The translations under genes and the position numbers were made by a program. From a virus (lineage: Duplodnaviria; Caudoviricetes), in the IMG/VR virus record IMGVR_UViG_3300048574_000242, positions 1 through 39,094 of that record: a DNA stretch of 39,094 nucleotides. One strand, given 5' to 3'. Shown here piece after piece: positions 7,272 to 15,575 of this stretch. The number at the start of each line of letters is the position of its first letter. The stretch's first letter is position 1. The notes under the pieces are model-generated. The model ran no database searches and had not been told where the DNA came from. It worked only from the letters and a program-made list of their open reading frames with translations.

Positions 7272-9125
7272 TTACCTCTCGCACCCAATGCCGTCATGAT
7301 CCCCATCGAAGCGGTGCGGATCGGAACCCACCACACGAAAATATCGGTAGGGAATATCGCCGCAATCTAAGTCGGGCGGAGGAGGGGGAATACACACGTC
7401 CGGGTAAGAGGGATCGCAGTTGCCGCTGGCGGATGCCGGCGGAGCTACGTAAGGCACGGGCGTGGACGTCTTGACCCAGCGGCCGGCGGGCGCGTTTTGA
7501 GCCTGATTTTGAGCGGACGAAAAATTATTGTCGCAGGCCGTATCCGGCGCGTAGCTGATCGCTCTGGCCATGCCCTTGACGACCAGGTCGTAATTGACGA
7601 AGCGGTCGCCGACCATCACGTAGCGCAGCAAGCGGTCGTACCGGTCGGTTTCCGAAACGTCTTTGATCATCACCACCTGGCGGCCTTCGACCAGCGAGCG
7701 GTTGTACGCGGTCGCCTGGCTGGCGTAGTACGAGCCGACCTCCGGGGTATCGACGCCGATGTAGCGCACGCGCTTGATCTCGCCGTTGAGGTTGACCTCG
7801 ATGGTGTCGCCGTCGATAACCTGGGTGACGTACGCGATCTCGCGCGGGTGGTCGGGCACGCAGCCCATGCCGGCCGCGGAGATCAGCGTCAGCGTGGGGG
7901 TGAAGGTGATCGTCGGTGTAAAGGTAATGGTCGAGGTGAAGGTGCTCGTGGGGGAAAACGTGATCGTCGGCGTGAAGGTGACGGTGGCCGTATCGGTGAC
8001 CGTCGGGGTGAAGGTGCTGGTGAATGTGGCGGTGTTGGTGGCGGTAGCCGTTGCGGTCGGCGTGGCGGTCGCAGTGGGAATCGAGGCGATGATCATGCCG
8101 GTGGTGGAGGTGACGCCTGCGCCGAGCTGCAGCAGCACAGCCGCGCCGAGGACGACGGGCATGGCGGCCGCCGGAATCATACCGAGCGGGCGCAAGTTCG
8201 CGCCGATGAAATTAGCCAGGCTGACGCCATTGAAATCGGCGAGTCTGGCCTGGGTCTTGGCCTGCGCGTCGAGCAAATCCGCGAGCCGCTCCTGGTGGCG
8301 CTCGATATCGTCCACATTTTCGGCGATTTTCGCCGCCGCGGCGGCTTTTTCGGCCTGCAAGTCGGCGGCTAATTTCGCGCCGGCTGCGGCGGTATCTTTG
8401 GCGATCTGATCGCGGACCGCCTGGTATTTAGCCTGGATCTGGGTGATTGTCGCTGCCGGCAGGCGCTGAGGCGTTTCGGATCTGATGCGCGCCTCGACCT
8501 GGCGCCGCCATGTCAGCAGCGCCGCCTGTTTCGTTTCGCCGATTCCGGGCACCGCGCTGATGGACGCCGGGGTGACCTGGGCGGCTGTGCGAATATTATG
8601 GCCGGCCAGGCGCTGCGTCAACCCCGGTCCGATGCCGGGAATCGATGCGTTTGATAATAACGCGCCGTTCAGCTCGCGATCTTGAAAGTTTACCTGCAGA
8701 CGGTTCAACTCGCGGCGGGTATCTTCCGCGGTACGGGCATCCAGCCCGTTGAGTGTATCTTGCCAGCGATTGACCTGCTCGGCGTGGGCTTTCTGCAGGG
8801 CGGCCAGCCGTTGCACCGACGCGGCCTGGGTGGCCTGGTTCTCGGCTTGCGTCGCGTTAATTTTGCTTTGCAGACCCTGGACCTGCCCGGTCACATCTTT
8901 GAGCTGGTTCGAGAATTTATCTTTTTCTTTCTTTTCCGGAGACCGGTTGTAATCGATGATCAGGCCGGCAGTGATCAGCCCCAGCACCGCCAGACCGAGC
9001 GCGGCCAGGAGGATGCCGGCCAGGAAGGACCAGCGCGCGCCAATCAGAAGGAACACCAGGCTGAGCAGCAGCGCGGCGAACTGGAGATAAAAGAGGATTC
9101 CAATAAAACGAGGGTTCTGTTTCAT
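7272..9125 (-). CDS. Membrane-anchored multidomain thermonuclease (TM, coiled coil, HhH x2, TM, T/P linker, SNase, Excalibur-like Ca-binding domain)
   Basis: IPGIGP/VPGIGE HhH motifs; VIDGDTI, RYIGVDTPE, DRYDRLLRYV SNase motifs; DPHRFDGDHDGIGCE C-terminus. Confidence 0.88.
   Translation of the reverse strand: MKQNPRFIGILFYLQFAALLLSLVFLLIGARWSFLAGILLAALGLAVLGLITAGLIIDYNRSPEKKEKDKFSNQLKDVTGQVQGLQSKINATQAENQATQAASVQRLAALQKAHAEQVNRWQDTLNGLDARTAEDTRRELNRLQVNFQDRELNGALLSNASIPGIGPGLTQRLAGHNIRTAAQVTPASISAVPGIGETKQAALLTWRRQVEARIRSETPQRLPAATITQIQAKYQAVRDQIAKDTAAAGAKLAADLQAEKAAAAAKIAENVDDIERHQERLADLLDAQAKTQARLADFNGVSLANFIGANLRPLGMIPAAAMPVVLGAAVLLQLGAGVTSTTGMIIASIPTATATPTATATATNTATFTSTFTPTVTDTATVTFTPTITFSPTSTFTSTITFTPTITFTPTLTLISAAGMGCVPDHPREIAYVTQVIDGDTIEVNLNGEIKRVRYIGVDTPEVGSYYASQATAYNRSLVEGRQVVMIKDVSETDRYDRLLRYVMVGDRFVNYDLVVKGMARAISYAPDTACDNNFSSAQNQAQNAPAGRWVKTSTPVPYVAPPASASGNCDPSYPDVCIPPPPPDLDCGDIPYRYFRVVGSDPHRFDGDHDGIGCER
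8962..9083. repeat. 122-bp direct repeat, copy 2
   Basis: See 5166-5287. Confidence 0.9.
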
Positions 9126-9130
9126 CGCTC

Positions 9131-9340
9131 TTATTTGATCGATCTAAAGGCTGCTTTCTTGTCTTTGGTGCGTTGAATGGCCAGGTCGTGCTCGGTAAAA
9201 AGCGCCCCTGAAATGCTGTAAATATCGGCGACGCTGTTTGAAATACCTAAATTTTGGGACATTTCGATGACAGCTCGCATCAATTCATCCTTGGAAACGT
9301 TGATAAATTTTCGCTCTGGTAAATTTAATGATTTGATCAT
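9131..9340 (-). CDS. Hypothetical protein
   Basis: 69-aa ORF with AAGGGGG RBS, tightly packed in the operon. Confidence 0.55.
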   Translation of the reverse strand: MIKSLNLPERKFINVSKDELMRAVIEMSQNLGISNSVADIYSISGALFTEHDLAIQRTKDKKAAFRSIK

Positions 9341-9378
9341 GACACCCCCTTTGATGTAGGAATAACTTGCGTATTCAT

Positions 9379-10509
9379 TTATTCGTCGAATTGAATATCG
9401 CGGTAATGAAATTTTCCATTCTTTGCCCTTGTAACTTCACAAACAATTTGATGATTCACCATAGGTCCAATTACATCATCAATAGCGGCACCAGTCTGAT
9501 AAACATGTACCGTTTTGGGATTATTATCCTCTATAGTGTCAATTTCCAAGGAGTCCAGATTCAAAGAAAGCCCCTTAAGGATTCCGGAAATTTTAATTGT
9601 TTCTTCAGGAGTGGCCTCATCTTTTTTTGAAGCTGCGTTTAAAGATGCGTTTATATAATCCCTTGATACTGGCTTCAAGACAATAGGACGGTAGATCGGT
9701 GATTCAGGTGTGCGAATTTCTAATGTATCAAAAATTTTTCCCGTTGGAATTAGATTCCTTGTCAAGCGAAGTAAAACATCGCGATATTCTTCATCAGGCG
9801 CAATTTCTTTCAGTTCTCCATCAGGATCTTCGACGCTTGTTTTTATTACCTGCATAAAAGTATCTGCAATATCGTCTACGTCGGATTCGAAACCTGGATA
9901 AAGAGAGGGCTGTTTTGGTTTTTCAACTCGTACTGCAAATTGATAGCTTCCAGCTGGTGCTTGGAATAACCAGGGTTTATATTGCTCTTGGATATCCTGG
10001 CTTGGTAAACCTTTCCTTCGAAATGGCTTGTTTAATTTCATTTCTGTAATTCTATAAAATATTTTTCCAACTTGATCCACCTTTGATAAAATTAAATCAA
10101 GAGGGGCACCTCCCGTAACAATTTTTTTCCCTTTTATCGAAATTAACACAGAGTCTTTGGTAAATTCAATTCCCGAATTATTTAATGCTCTTTCATTCCA
10201 GATCGTTTGAATAATTTCTCGTAATTTGTTTTTTGCGGGTTCCTGAATTTCATCTGAACCCAACCCTTTAAATGCAATCAACTCGGATTTGGCTGAATCA
10301 TTTCCCTTAAACCATAATGACGCTGAAGAAACATAAGTAATACCCAGAGTCCTTGGTTTACCCTTTTCTAACTCGGTGATTGCCTGAGTTTCAAACCGGG
10401 CAGCTTCAAGATAAAGGTCAATGGCTTTTTTCCAGTTTCCTTCTGCTATCGCTGCTTCTGCTTCACTGGCAAAATATTCACTTTTAGAATGGCTCTCAAT
10501 CCAGCTCAT
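9379..10509 (-). CDS. Hypothetical protein: N-terminal TPR-like helices, possible C-terminal OB-like fold; partner of the upstream nuclease-like gene
   Basis: 376 aa, 1-bp gap from 10511..11044; AEAAIAEGNWKKAIDLYLEAARFE is TPR-like. Confidence 0.65.
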   Translation of the reverse strand: MSWIESHSKSEYFASEAEAAIAEGNWKKAIDLYLEAARFETQAITELEKGKPRTLGITYVSSASLWFKGNDSAKSELIAFKGLGSDEIQEPAKNKLREIIQTIWNERALNNSGIEFTKDSVLISIKGKKIVTGGAPLDLILSKVDQVGKIFYRITEMKLNKPFRRKGLPSQDIQEQYKPWLFQAPAGSYQFAVRVEKPKQPSLYPGFESDVDDIADTFMQVIKTSVEDPDGELKEIAPDEEYRDVLLRLTRNLIPTGKIFDTLEIRTPESPIYRPIVLKPVSRDYINASLNAASKKDEATPEETIKISGILKGLSLNLDSLEIDTIEDNNPKTVHVYQTGAAIDDVIGPMVNHQIVCEVTRAKNGKFHYRDIQFDE

Positions 10510-10510
10510 T

Positions 10511-11044
10511 TTATTTTTCCAGTGTTTGAACCAGAATTAGTTTTACTGCAAACCCGACAACAGCTGCTATAGCAGGTAAATCAGATTTTCCATTTTTTGC
10601 CTGCTCGAGTTTATTGGAAAGGACTCGCTTCACCTTTGATTCGTTTAGCTCGGACCCCGAAACCTCCAAACGGTAGGCTTCTTCAAGGTCGTCTAATTTT
10701 GATCCTGCAGGAGCGACATAGTAATCTGAACCTGTTAGTTCTTCGGCTCTCCGAACAGCCACATAGCCTCTTGAATATTCTACAGCCGCTAGTGCAATGC
10801 CATAGGCTCCGGCCTCTTTTGAATCAGTTAAATTCGCTAGCGCCGATTTTGTCCTTTCATCCGGCTTTTCCCATTCGAGGCGCACATTGTAATCATTATT
10901 ATCGTCCTTAAGTGAAAATTCCTGCGGCGAATTATGATGTTTGTCTAACACAACTGATGCCGAATATTTGTAGAGTGCTTCCACGCAATCGATCAAACCA
11001 GGATGTCGATCGACCATGTTTTTGAAAGGCAATATATTACTCAT
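10511..11044 (-). CDS. Putative PD-(D/E)xK-fold nuclease
   Basis: E in a helix, then TGSDYYV and RLEVSG strands, then KxxQ helix. Confidence 0.55.
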   Translation of the reverse strand: MSNILPFKNMVDRHPGLIDCVEALYKYSASVVLDKHHNSPQEFSLKDDNNDYNVRLEWEKPDERTKSALANLTDSKEAGAYGIALAAVEYSRGYVAVRRAEELTGSDYYVAPAGSKLDDLEEAYRLEVSGSELNESKVKRVLSNKLEQAKNGKSDLPAIAAVVGFAVKLILVQTLEK

Positions 11045-11155
11045 TGATTTGTCCCCAATAAATCATTTATTTTTTGTTCTATCTATCTTATTTTCCAAGG
11101 CATGGTTAAACACACACACCCGGCCCATCCGTGGACAGGCCGATCATTACGCGAA

Positions 11156-11866
11156 TCACGAATTCGGCGGTACCCTGCATAATCCGGATGCAAATACGAT
11201 GCCAGCGCCGATGACGACCAGGTAGAGCCCGGCGCCGATGGATACGGCTACGTACTCGCTGGAATCGGCGGCGACGCCTGAAACGGAAATTAAATCCATG
11301 ACAGAAAAGCCGAAGCTGATTAATCCAATAACAGCCAACGGCCAGCAATAGCTGCGGTCCACCGTTCCTTTGTGAAGCAAGGCGACCAGGCCGACGACGA
11401 CGCCGAGAATCAGGAAGAGGACGCCATCCCCCTCGGTACCGGACTTGGCGAAGGTGCCAAAGATCGAGGTGACTGTACCCCAGGGGAGCAATGCGCCGAC
11501 GATCAGGGCGAGCGCGCCGAGGCCGGCAAGCAAGTTTCCGGTGTGCCGGCGAGTAGATTTTACAACTGGCCCGGTTAGGGCTGCCGGGTCGAAGGAAGGA
11601 AGCTGCATCTGGTTCGCTGCAGCAAGCTTTTCGTAATCATCCAGACGTTTTCCACTGTTGGATAAGGTGACGGAAGCGAAAATGATCCAGAGCAGCGCAA
11701 TGATTATGAGAATAATTCCGAGCAGAAGGGTTTGCTGAGAAAAAATAATGAAACCCAAGCCGACGACTAACAAAATGGCAGCCCACTTTACGGAATTTTT
11801 TGCCCCGTAATGTTCCTTGGCTGCCAGTGAATATTTTTGTTGTAATTCGTCCGTGGAAATTCCCAC
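11156..11866 (-). CDS. Multi-pass membrane protein (immunity-region gene downstream of cI)
   Basis: About 6 hydrophobic helices; GALLPWG motif; GGAGGGG RBS before GTG. Confidence 0.75.
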   Translation of the reverse strand: MGISTDELQQKYSLAAKEHYGAKNSVKWAAILLVVGLGFIIFSQQTLLLGIILIIIALLWIIFASVTLSNSGKRLDDYEKLAAANQMQLPSFDPAALTGPVVKSTRRHTGNLLAGLGALALIVGALLPWGTVTSIFGTFAKSGTEGDGVLFLILGVVVGLVALLHKGTVDRSYCWPLAVIGLISFGFSVMDLISVSGVAADSSEYVAVSIGAGLYLVVIGAGIVFASGLCRVPPNS

Positions 11867-11890
11867 TTTATCCCCCTCCAGTGCTTAGAA

Positions 11891-12289
11891 TTATTGTTCT
11901 ATATGCCCTATTGCAGTTCGAGCCGGAGGTTTTCCCCGGCTCGATGATTTCTGGCTCTTTCTGTTTCTATCCGCTTTTATTCTTAGCAATTCTAGTATTT
12001 CTTCCCTATCTTGCTGAGTTACATCAGATAACAAGTATAGGATTTCTTCGTTAACTTGTTCTGTTTCAGCAACTGGGTCAAGCAATCCTGCTGCGCGTAG
12101 AACCTGTTCCTTAGGAAGGTCAAGTCCGACTGAAAGGGCAATTAAAGTTTCTACAACAGGGATGCTTTGACCGCTCTCAATCTTATTAATTACAGCCCGG
12201 TTCAATTTTGATCTCCGGGCTAGTTCTGATTGGGTAAGCGTTTTTGCTTCCCGAATTTGTTTCAACCAATCGCCAAATTCGTTTCTCAT
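11891..12289 (-). CDS. CI-like XRE-family repressor (no evident S24 peptidase domain)
   Basis: FGDWLKQIREAKTLTQSELARRSKLNRAVINKIESG HTH_3; divergent from the cro-like gene; start taken at ATG 12289. Confidence 0.88.
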   Translation of the reverse strand: MRNEFGDWLKQIREAKTLTQSELARRSKLNRAVINKIESGQSIPVVETLIALSVGLDLPKEQVLRAAGLLDPVAETEQVNEEILYLLSDVTQQDREEILELLRIKADRNRKSQKSSSRGKPPARTAIGHIEQ

Positions 12290-12346
12290 TGGATACAGTA
12301 TCCTACATTTATTGTTTCTTTGAGTAACCCAAAACGTTTCTAGTAG

Positions 12347-12374
12347 TTGACAAACATAAACAAATGTATATAAT
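12347..12374 (+). promoter_or_regulatory. Early rightward promoter
   Basis: Perfect TTGACA (12347-12352), 16-bp spacer, TATAAT (12369-12374). Confidence 0.85.
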
Positions 12375-12393
12375 GTTTCTTTAAAGAAACATT
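12372..12393. promoter_or_regulatory. Operator: perfect 22-bp palindrome overlapping the -10 and start site
   Basis: AATGTTTCTTTAAAGAAACATT; related GTTTCT half-sites at 12281, 12314 and 12336. Confidence 0.8.
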
Positions 12394-12424
12394 TTGTTTT
12401 TAGTGGGATTTGCAAGGGAGAACG

Positions 12425-12634
12425 ATGACTGACACCAAATTGCCGCAGTTAGTACGGATCGCCGACCCGAAAACGGCTTACCGCCTGGTGGCTTTGGCCA
12501 AGGCGGATAAACGCGGTTACGGCGGCGAGCTTGATTGGCTGATCGACCAGGAATGGGAACGCCGCCGGCTGCCGGCAGCGACGGCCCTCCACGGCCCTGA
12601 AACCGTGGGCGAAGAGGTTGAGCGCCGGCGTTAA
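12425..12634 (+). CDS. Cro-position small regulator (RHH-like)
   Basis: First gene after the rightward promoter, GGGAG RBS, strand-helix-helix pattern. Confidence 0.6.
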   Translation: MTDTKLPQLVRIADPKTAYRLVALAKADKRGYGGELDWLIDQEWERRRLPAATALHGPETVGEEVERRR

Positions 12635-12801
12635 TCTGCAATCATTTTCGCTTTTCTTTGGAGCGAGATCAAGAAAGGGAGGTTAACGGGGTGAAAAAAG
12701 GCTGGCGGCGGGCGGCAGATGCGTATCCCCGGCCGGCGCCGGGCGAGGGGGCGGCAGGGCCGCGTGATGATAACCGCATTCTATTGTCCCGTGGAGGAAC
12801 G

Positions 12802-13026
12802 ATGACTGAACCGATTGCCGGCGGTTACAACTACCGCCAAGCCTTGAACCAGGCGCGCCAGGCCAACTGCGAAATCCGCGAATCGCTGCGCGCCGTACTG
12901 ATCGAAAACCCCGGACCGCAGCGCATGGCCATGCTGCTGGCGCGCGCCACCTCGGCCGCCGCTGAAAACCTGGCCGCGCTGAACGACCTGAACGAGATTG
13001 TTGCGCCGCGCCGGCCGATCCCTTAG
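12802..13026 (+). CDS. Hypothetical early protein
   Basis: GGAGG RBS before ATG 12802; GC3-rich codons. Confidence 0.65.
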   Translation: MTEPIAGGYNYRQALNQARQANCEIRESLRAVLIENPGPQRMAMLLARATSAAAENLAALNDLNEIVAPRRPIP

Positions 13027-13038
13027 GCGCGGAGGAAT

Positions 13039-13250
13039 GGGCGGGGCGCGCCGAGCGTGCGCCTCGCCCGCCGACCTTACCAACTTCCGCAGGGACACAC
13101 ACCCTGCACGCCCCGGCCGTTGCCAGACGGCGCGGGAAGGCGGTGCCAGACGCCACGAAGCAAGCGCCAGCCGGACGAGCACACACGAATCCGGCTGGCG
13201 AAACCCTGGCAGACTTTCGATAACCGTAATTATCAAAAGCAAGGAGGAAT
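13039..13250 (+). promoter_or_regulatory. Structured intergenic leader with UGCCAG- and CACACA-loop hairpins
   Basis: GCAGGG-ACACACA-CCCTGC; GCCGT-TGCCAG-ACGGC; GGCG-GTGCCAGA-CGCC; CGCCAGCCGGA-CGAGCACACACGAA-TCCGGCTGGCG; CCTGGCAGACTT at 13205-13216. Confidence 0.65.
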
Positions 13251-13251
13251 A

Positions 13252-13491
13252 ATGTACGACCAACAGGGCGAAGAGTTGAACATTCAGGACCAGGTGCTGA
13301 CCGGCGAAGGCGAGGGAATCGTCTCGGGCCGCCTGGTGTATTCGGACAACCGCGAGCGCGTGCTGATCGCCCTGAACGGCAGGCCGGCGCGCCTGGGCGG
13401 CTGGCGCGGGCCGGGCACGCTGCTGGCCTTCGACCCGCAGGCGGTGCGCAAGTTGCGCTCGGGCATTTTCCTCCCGGCGAAACCAGAATGA
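13252..13491 (+). CDS. Hypothetical early protein
   Basis: Strong AAGGAGG RBS; MYDQQGEELNIQDQV... Confidence 0.7.
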   Translation: MYDQQGEELNIQDQVLTGEGEGIVSGRLVYSDNRERVLIALNGRPARLGGWRGPGTLLAFDPQAVRKLRSGIFLPAKPE

Positions 13492-13603
13492 TGATCGACT
13501 GCGCCGTTCGCGACCGGTCTCCGCTGAAAACAGGCAGGCGGAGAGCCGTACACCCGGCTACGGCGGCGGCGCGGTGTGAGGCAGGCTGCCCTCCTCAGCC
13601 TGC

Positions 13604-13735
13604 CGGCAGCGCCAGGGGCGTGTTTGCAGGCAGCGGCCGTCGTGAGACGCCCGGACTCGCCGGCGCGGGATGCTCCTTTCAGGTTGGCTTTAGCGGTAGA
13701 ACCCCTGGCGCTGCCTTTTTTCCCGATATTTTTTG
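13604..13735 (+). ncRNA. Putative multibranch structured RNA or terminator
   Basis: 14-bp closing stem GGCAGCGCCAGGGG/CCCCTGGCGCTGCC followed by T-runs; internal CGTC-GTGA-GACG GNRA hairpin. Confidence 0.45.
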
Positions 13736-13825
13736 ACGGATGCCTTCAATCGTCCGTGCGATGGACCTCCCCCGGGCGGGAGCAGCGAAGCCGGCGGCCC
13801 GGTAAGCCGGCAGCGGAGACGCAAA

Positions 13826-14059
13826 ATGCAGAAAAAATCGAAATACTGGACGGAAAAGATCGATCTGACCGACGACCAGGTGCAGGCGCTGGCCGAATTG
13901 AGCGGGCTGGCCGAGTACGCCGGCGAACAAGACCGGCCGGGCGTGCTGTTCGCGCAGGTGGTCCCCGGAGACGAACGCGAACTGCAGGTGGCCTTCGTGC
14001 CCCACGACGAAGCCCAGCGGATTTGGGAAATCACGCACGCCGGGCTGGGTGCGCAATGA
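13826..14059 (+). CDS. Hypothetical protein
   Basis: GGAG RBS; MQKKSKYWTEK...; ATGA overlap with the next gene. Confidence 0.65.
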   Translation: MQKKSKYWTEKIDLTDDQVQALAELSGLAEYAGEQDRPGVLFAQVVPGDERELQVAFVPHDEAQRIWEITHAGLGAQ

Positions 14060-14532
14060 AAAAGCGCCTGCTGATTTTGATTATTTTCGCGCTGCTGGCG
14101 ACGCTGTTCAGCGGCGTTTTCCCGGTGGATTTGCTCAACACGGTGTCGGGGATGCGCGCGGCGGCGGCCGGCCGGGCGGGCACGGCCATCTATGCCGGCA
14201 ACGGGCTGTACGTGATGGTCTGGCCGTACCGCGGCGAGTACGCCTTCGCGGTGCTGGACCAGGCCGGCCAGGCCAGCGACGCGCTGCAGAAGATGGTCAA
14301 CGCCAACGGAATCAGCGTGTGGTCGCTGAGCGACCTGCTCAAGTGGATGGAGGGCAACGGCTTCAGCCGCATCGACCCGAAATTGCTGCCGGCCGGAATC
14401 GGCCAGGCGCTGCTGGGGCAGTTCTTCGCCGGGGTAGCCGCCGGCAGCCGCACCCTGATCACGCCGCTGCTGGTGCCGGCCGGCGCGCTGGAACTGCCGA
14501 TTTATCAACAACCTGTGGAGGTGCAATCTTGA
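14056..14532 (+). CDS. Exported/membrane hypothetical protein
   Basis: MKKRLLILIIFALLATLF signal-like N-terminus; coupled to neighbouring genes. Confidence 0.7.
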   Translation: MKKRLLILIIFALLATLFSGVFPVDLLNTVSGMRAAAAGRAGTAIYAGNGLYVMVWPYRGEYAFAVLDQAGQASDALQKMVNANGISVWSLSDLLKWMEGNGFSRIDPKLLPAGIGQALLGQFFAGVAAGSRTLITPLLVPAGALELPIYQQPVEVQS

Positions 14533-14786
14533 CGTACAAACGCAAGACCTTGAGCGAACTGCTGGCGGCCTGGCTGGACCTGCGCCGCCGGCCGCGTTTT
14601 ACCGCCGCCGACCTGGCGGCTTACGACGCGCTGCTGAGCGAAGTCTATTACGCGCTGCCGGTGCCGGCCAACGCCTTCGAACGCTGGGCGGCCGTGCACC
14701 TGATTGAGTGGATTTATCGCGAGCGCAGCCTGATCGCCCTGGCGCAGGGCGTGGGGGTCGGGTTGTGCGGAACGCTGCGGAGGTGA
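14529..14786 (+). CDS. Hypothetical protein
   Basis: GGAGG RBS, TTG start overlapping the upstream stop. Confidence 0.55.
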   Translation: MTYKRKTLSELLAAWLDLRRRPRFTAADLAAYDALLSEVYYALPVPANAFERWAAVHLIEWIYRERSLIALAQGVGVGLCGTLRR

Positions 14787-14790
14787 AGCC

Positions 14791-15189
14791 GTGTACCAGC
14801 AAGTGATCATCGTCGGTTACCTCGGGCGCGACCCGGAAATGCGCTACACCCCGGCCGGGCAGGCCGTCACCAGTTTTTCGGTAGCCACCAGCCGGCAATG
14901 GACGGGGGCCACCGGCGAAAAGCTGAAGGAAACCACCTGGTTCCGGGTTTCAGCCTGGGGCAAACAGGCCGAGACCTGCAATAACTATCTGCGCAAGGGC
15001 AGCAAGGTGCTGGTGCAGGGGCGGCTGATGCCCGACCCGGCCACCGGCGGGCCGCGCACCTGGCAGGACCGCGACGGGGCGGTGCGCGCCAGCTACGAAA
15101 TGACCGCCGAGCTGGTGCGCTTTCTTTCAAACCGCGAACGGGGGAGCGACGAGGCCTTGCAAGACGAGGCCGACGATATCCCCTTTTAG
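14791..15189 (+). CDS. ssb: Single-stranded DNA-binding protein
   Basis: GYLGRDPEMRYTP...TTWFRVSAWGKQAE...LRKGSKVLVQGRL; C-terminal DDIPF. Confidence 0.97.
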   Translation: MYQQVIIVGYLGRDPEMRYTPAGQAVTSFSVATSRQWTGATGEKLKETTWFRVSAWGKQAETCNNYLRKGSKVLVQGRLMPDPATGGPRTWQDRDGAVRASYEMTAELVRFLSNRERGSDEALQDEADDIPF

Positions 15190-15197
15190 GAGGCGGC

Positions 15198-15575
15198 ATG
15201 GATTACGTTTCGGAACTCAAGGGCATGGATCACGACCTGAATTGGGCGGTGCTGCGGGTTTTGTCGGCGCGGCCGGGCAAGGGTAAGGCGATCAGCCAAA
15301 ACGCGCTCACCGCGGCGGTCAGCGAGCTTGGGTTCGTCACCCCTTCGCGGCGGGTGCGCGACGCGATCAAATTCTTGCGGCGGGATGGATTCATGATCTG
15401 TTCGAAGGCCGGGCGCGGAGGCGGCTATTATATGGCGCAATCCTGGGACGATTACGACAGTTTTCGCAAGGACGAACTGGCGGCGCGAATCACCGATTTA
15501 ACCGAAACGATGCGCGCGATGGACAAAGCCGCGAAGATGCAGTTCGGCGAAGCGCACCAGGTGAGCCTGCTATGA
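15198..15575 (+). CDS. Winged-HTH DNA-binding protein
   Basis: GKGKAISQNAL...RRVRDAIKFLRRDGFMICS...GGYYMA. Confidence 0.7.
   Translation: MDYVSELKGMDHDLNWAVLRVLSARPGKGKAISQNALTAAVSELGFVTPSRRVRDAIKFLRRDGFMICSKAGRGGGYYMAQSWDDYDSFRKDELAARITDLTETMRAMDKAAKMQFGEAHQVSLL

Noticed and set aside
7890-8075. Imperfect 18-bp periodic repeats
   Set aside because: They encode the TFTPTI/TATP linker of the nuclease; protein-level low complexity.
7497-8409. Long plus-strand ORFs opposite the nuclease gene, and similar antisense ORFs at 921-1835, 13690-14526 and 33044-33730
   Set aside because: Shadow ORFs of GC3-biased genes with clear motifs on the other strand.
11108-11143. ACACACACACC run next to a small hairpin as another member of the CACACA system
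   Set aside because: No accompanying UGCCAG/CUGGCA loop and only a weak stem; may be a simple dinucleotide repeat.
3013-11866. Integron-like cassette array
   Set aside because: Intergenic gaps are mostly very short, and no recurring attC-like palindromes were seen.
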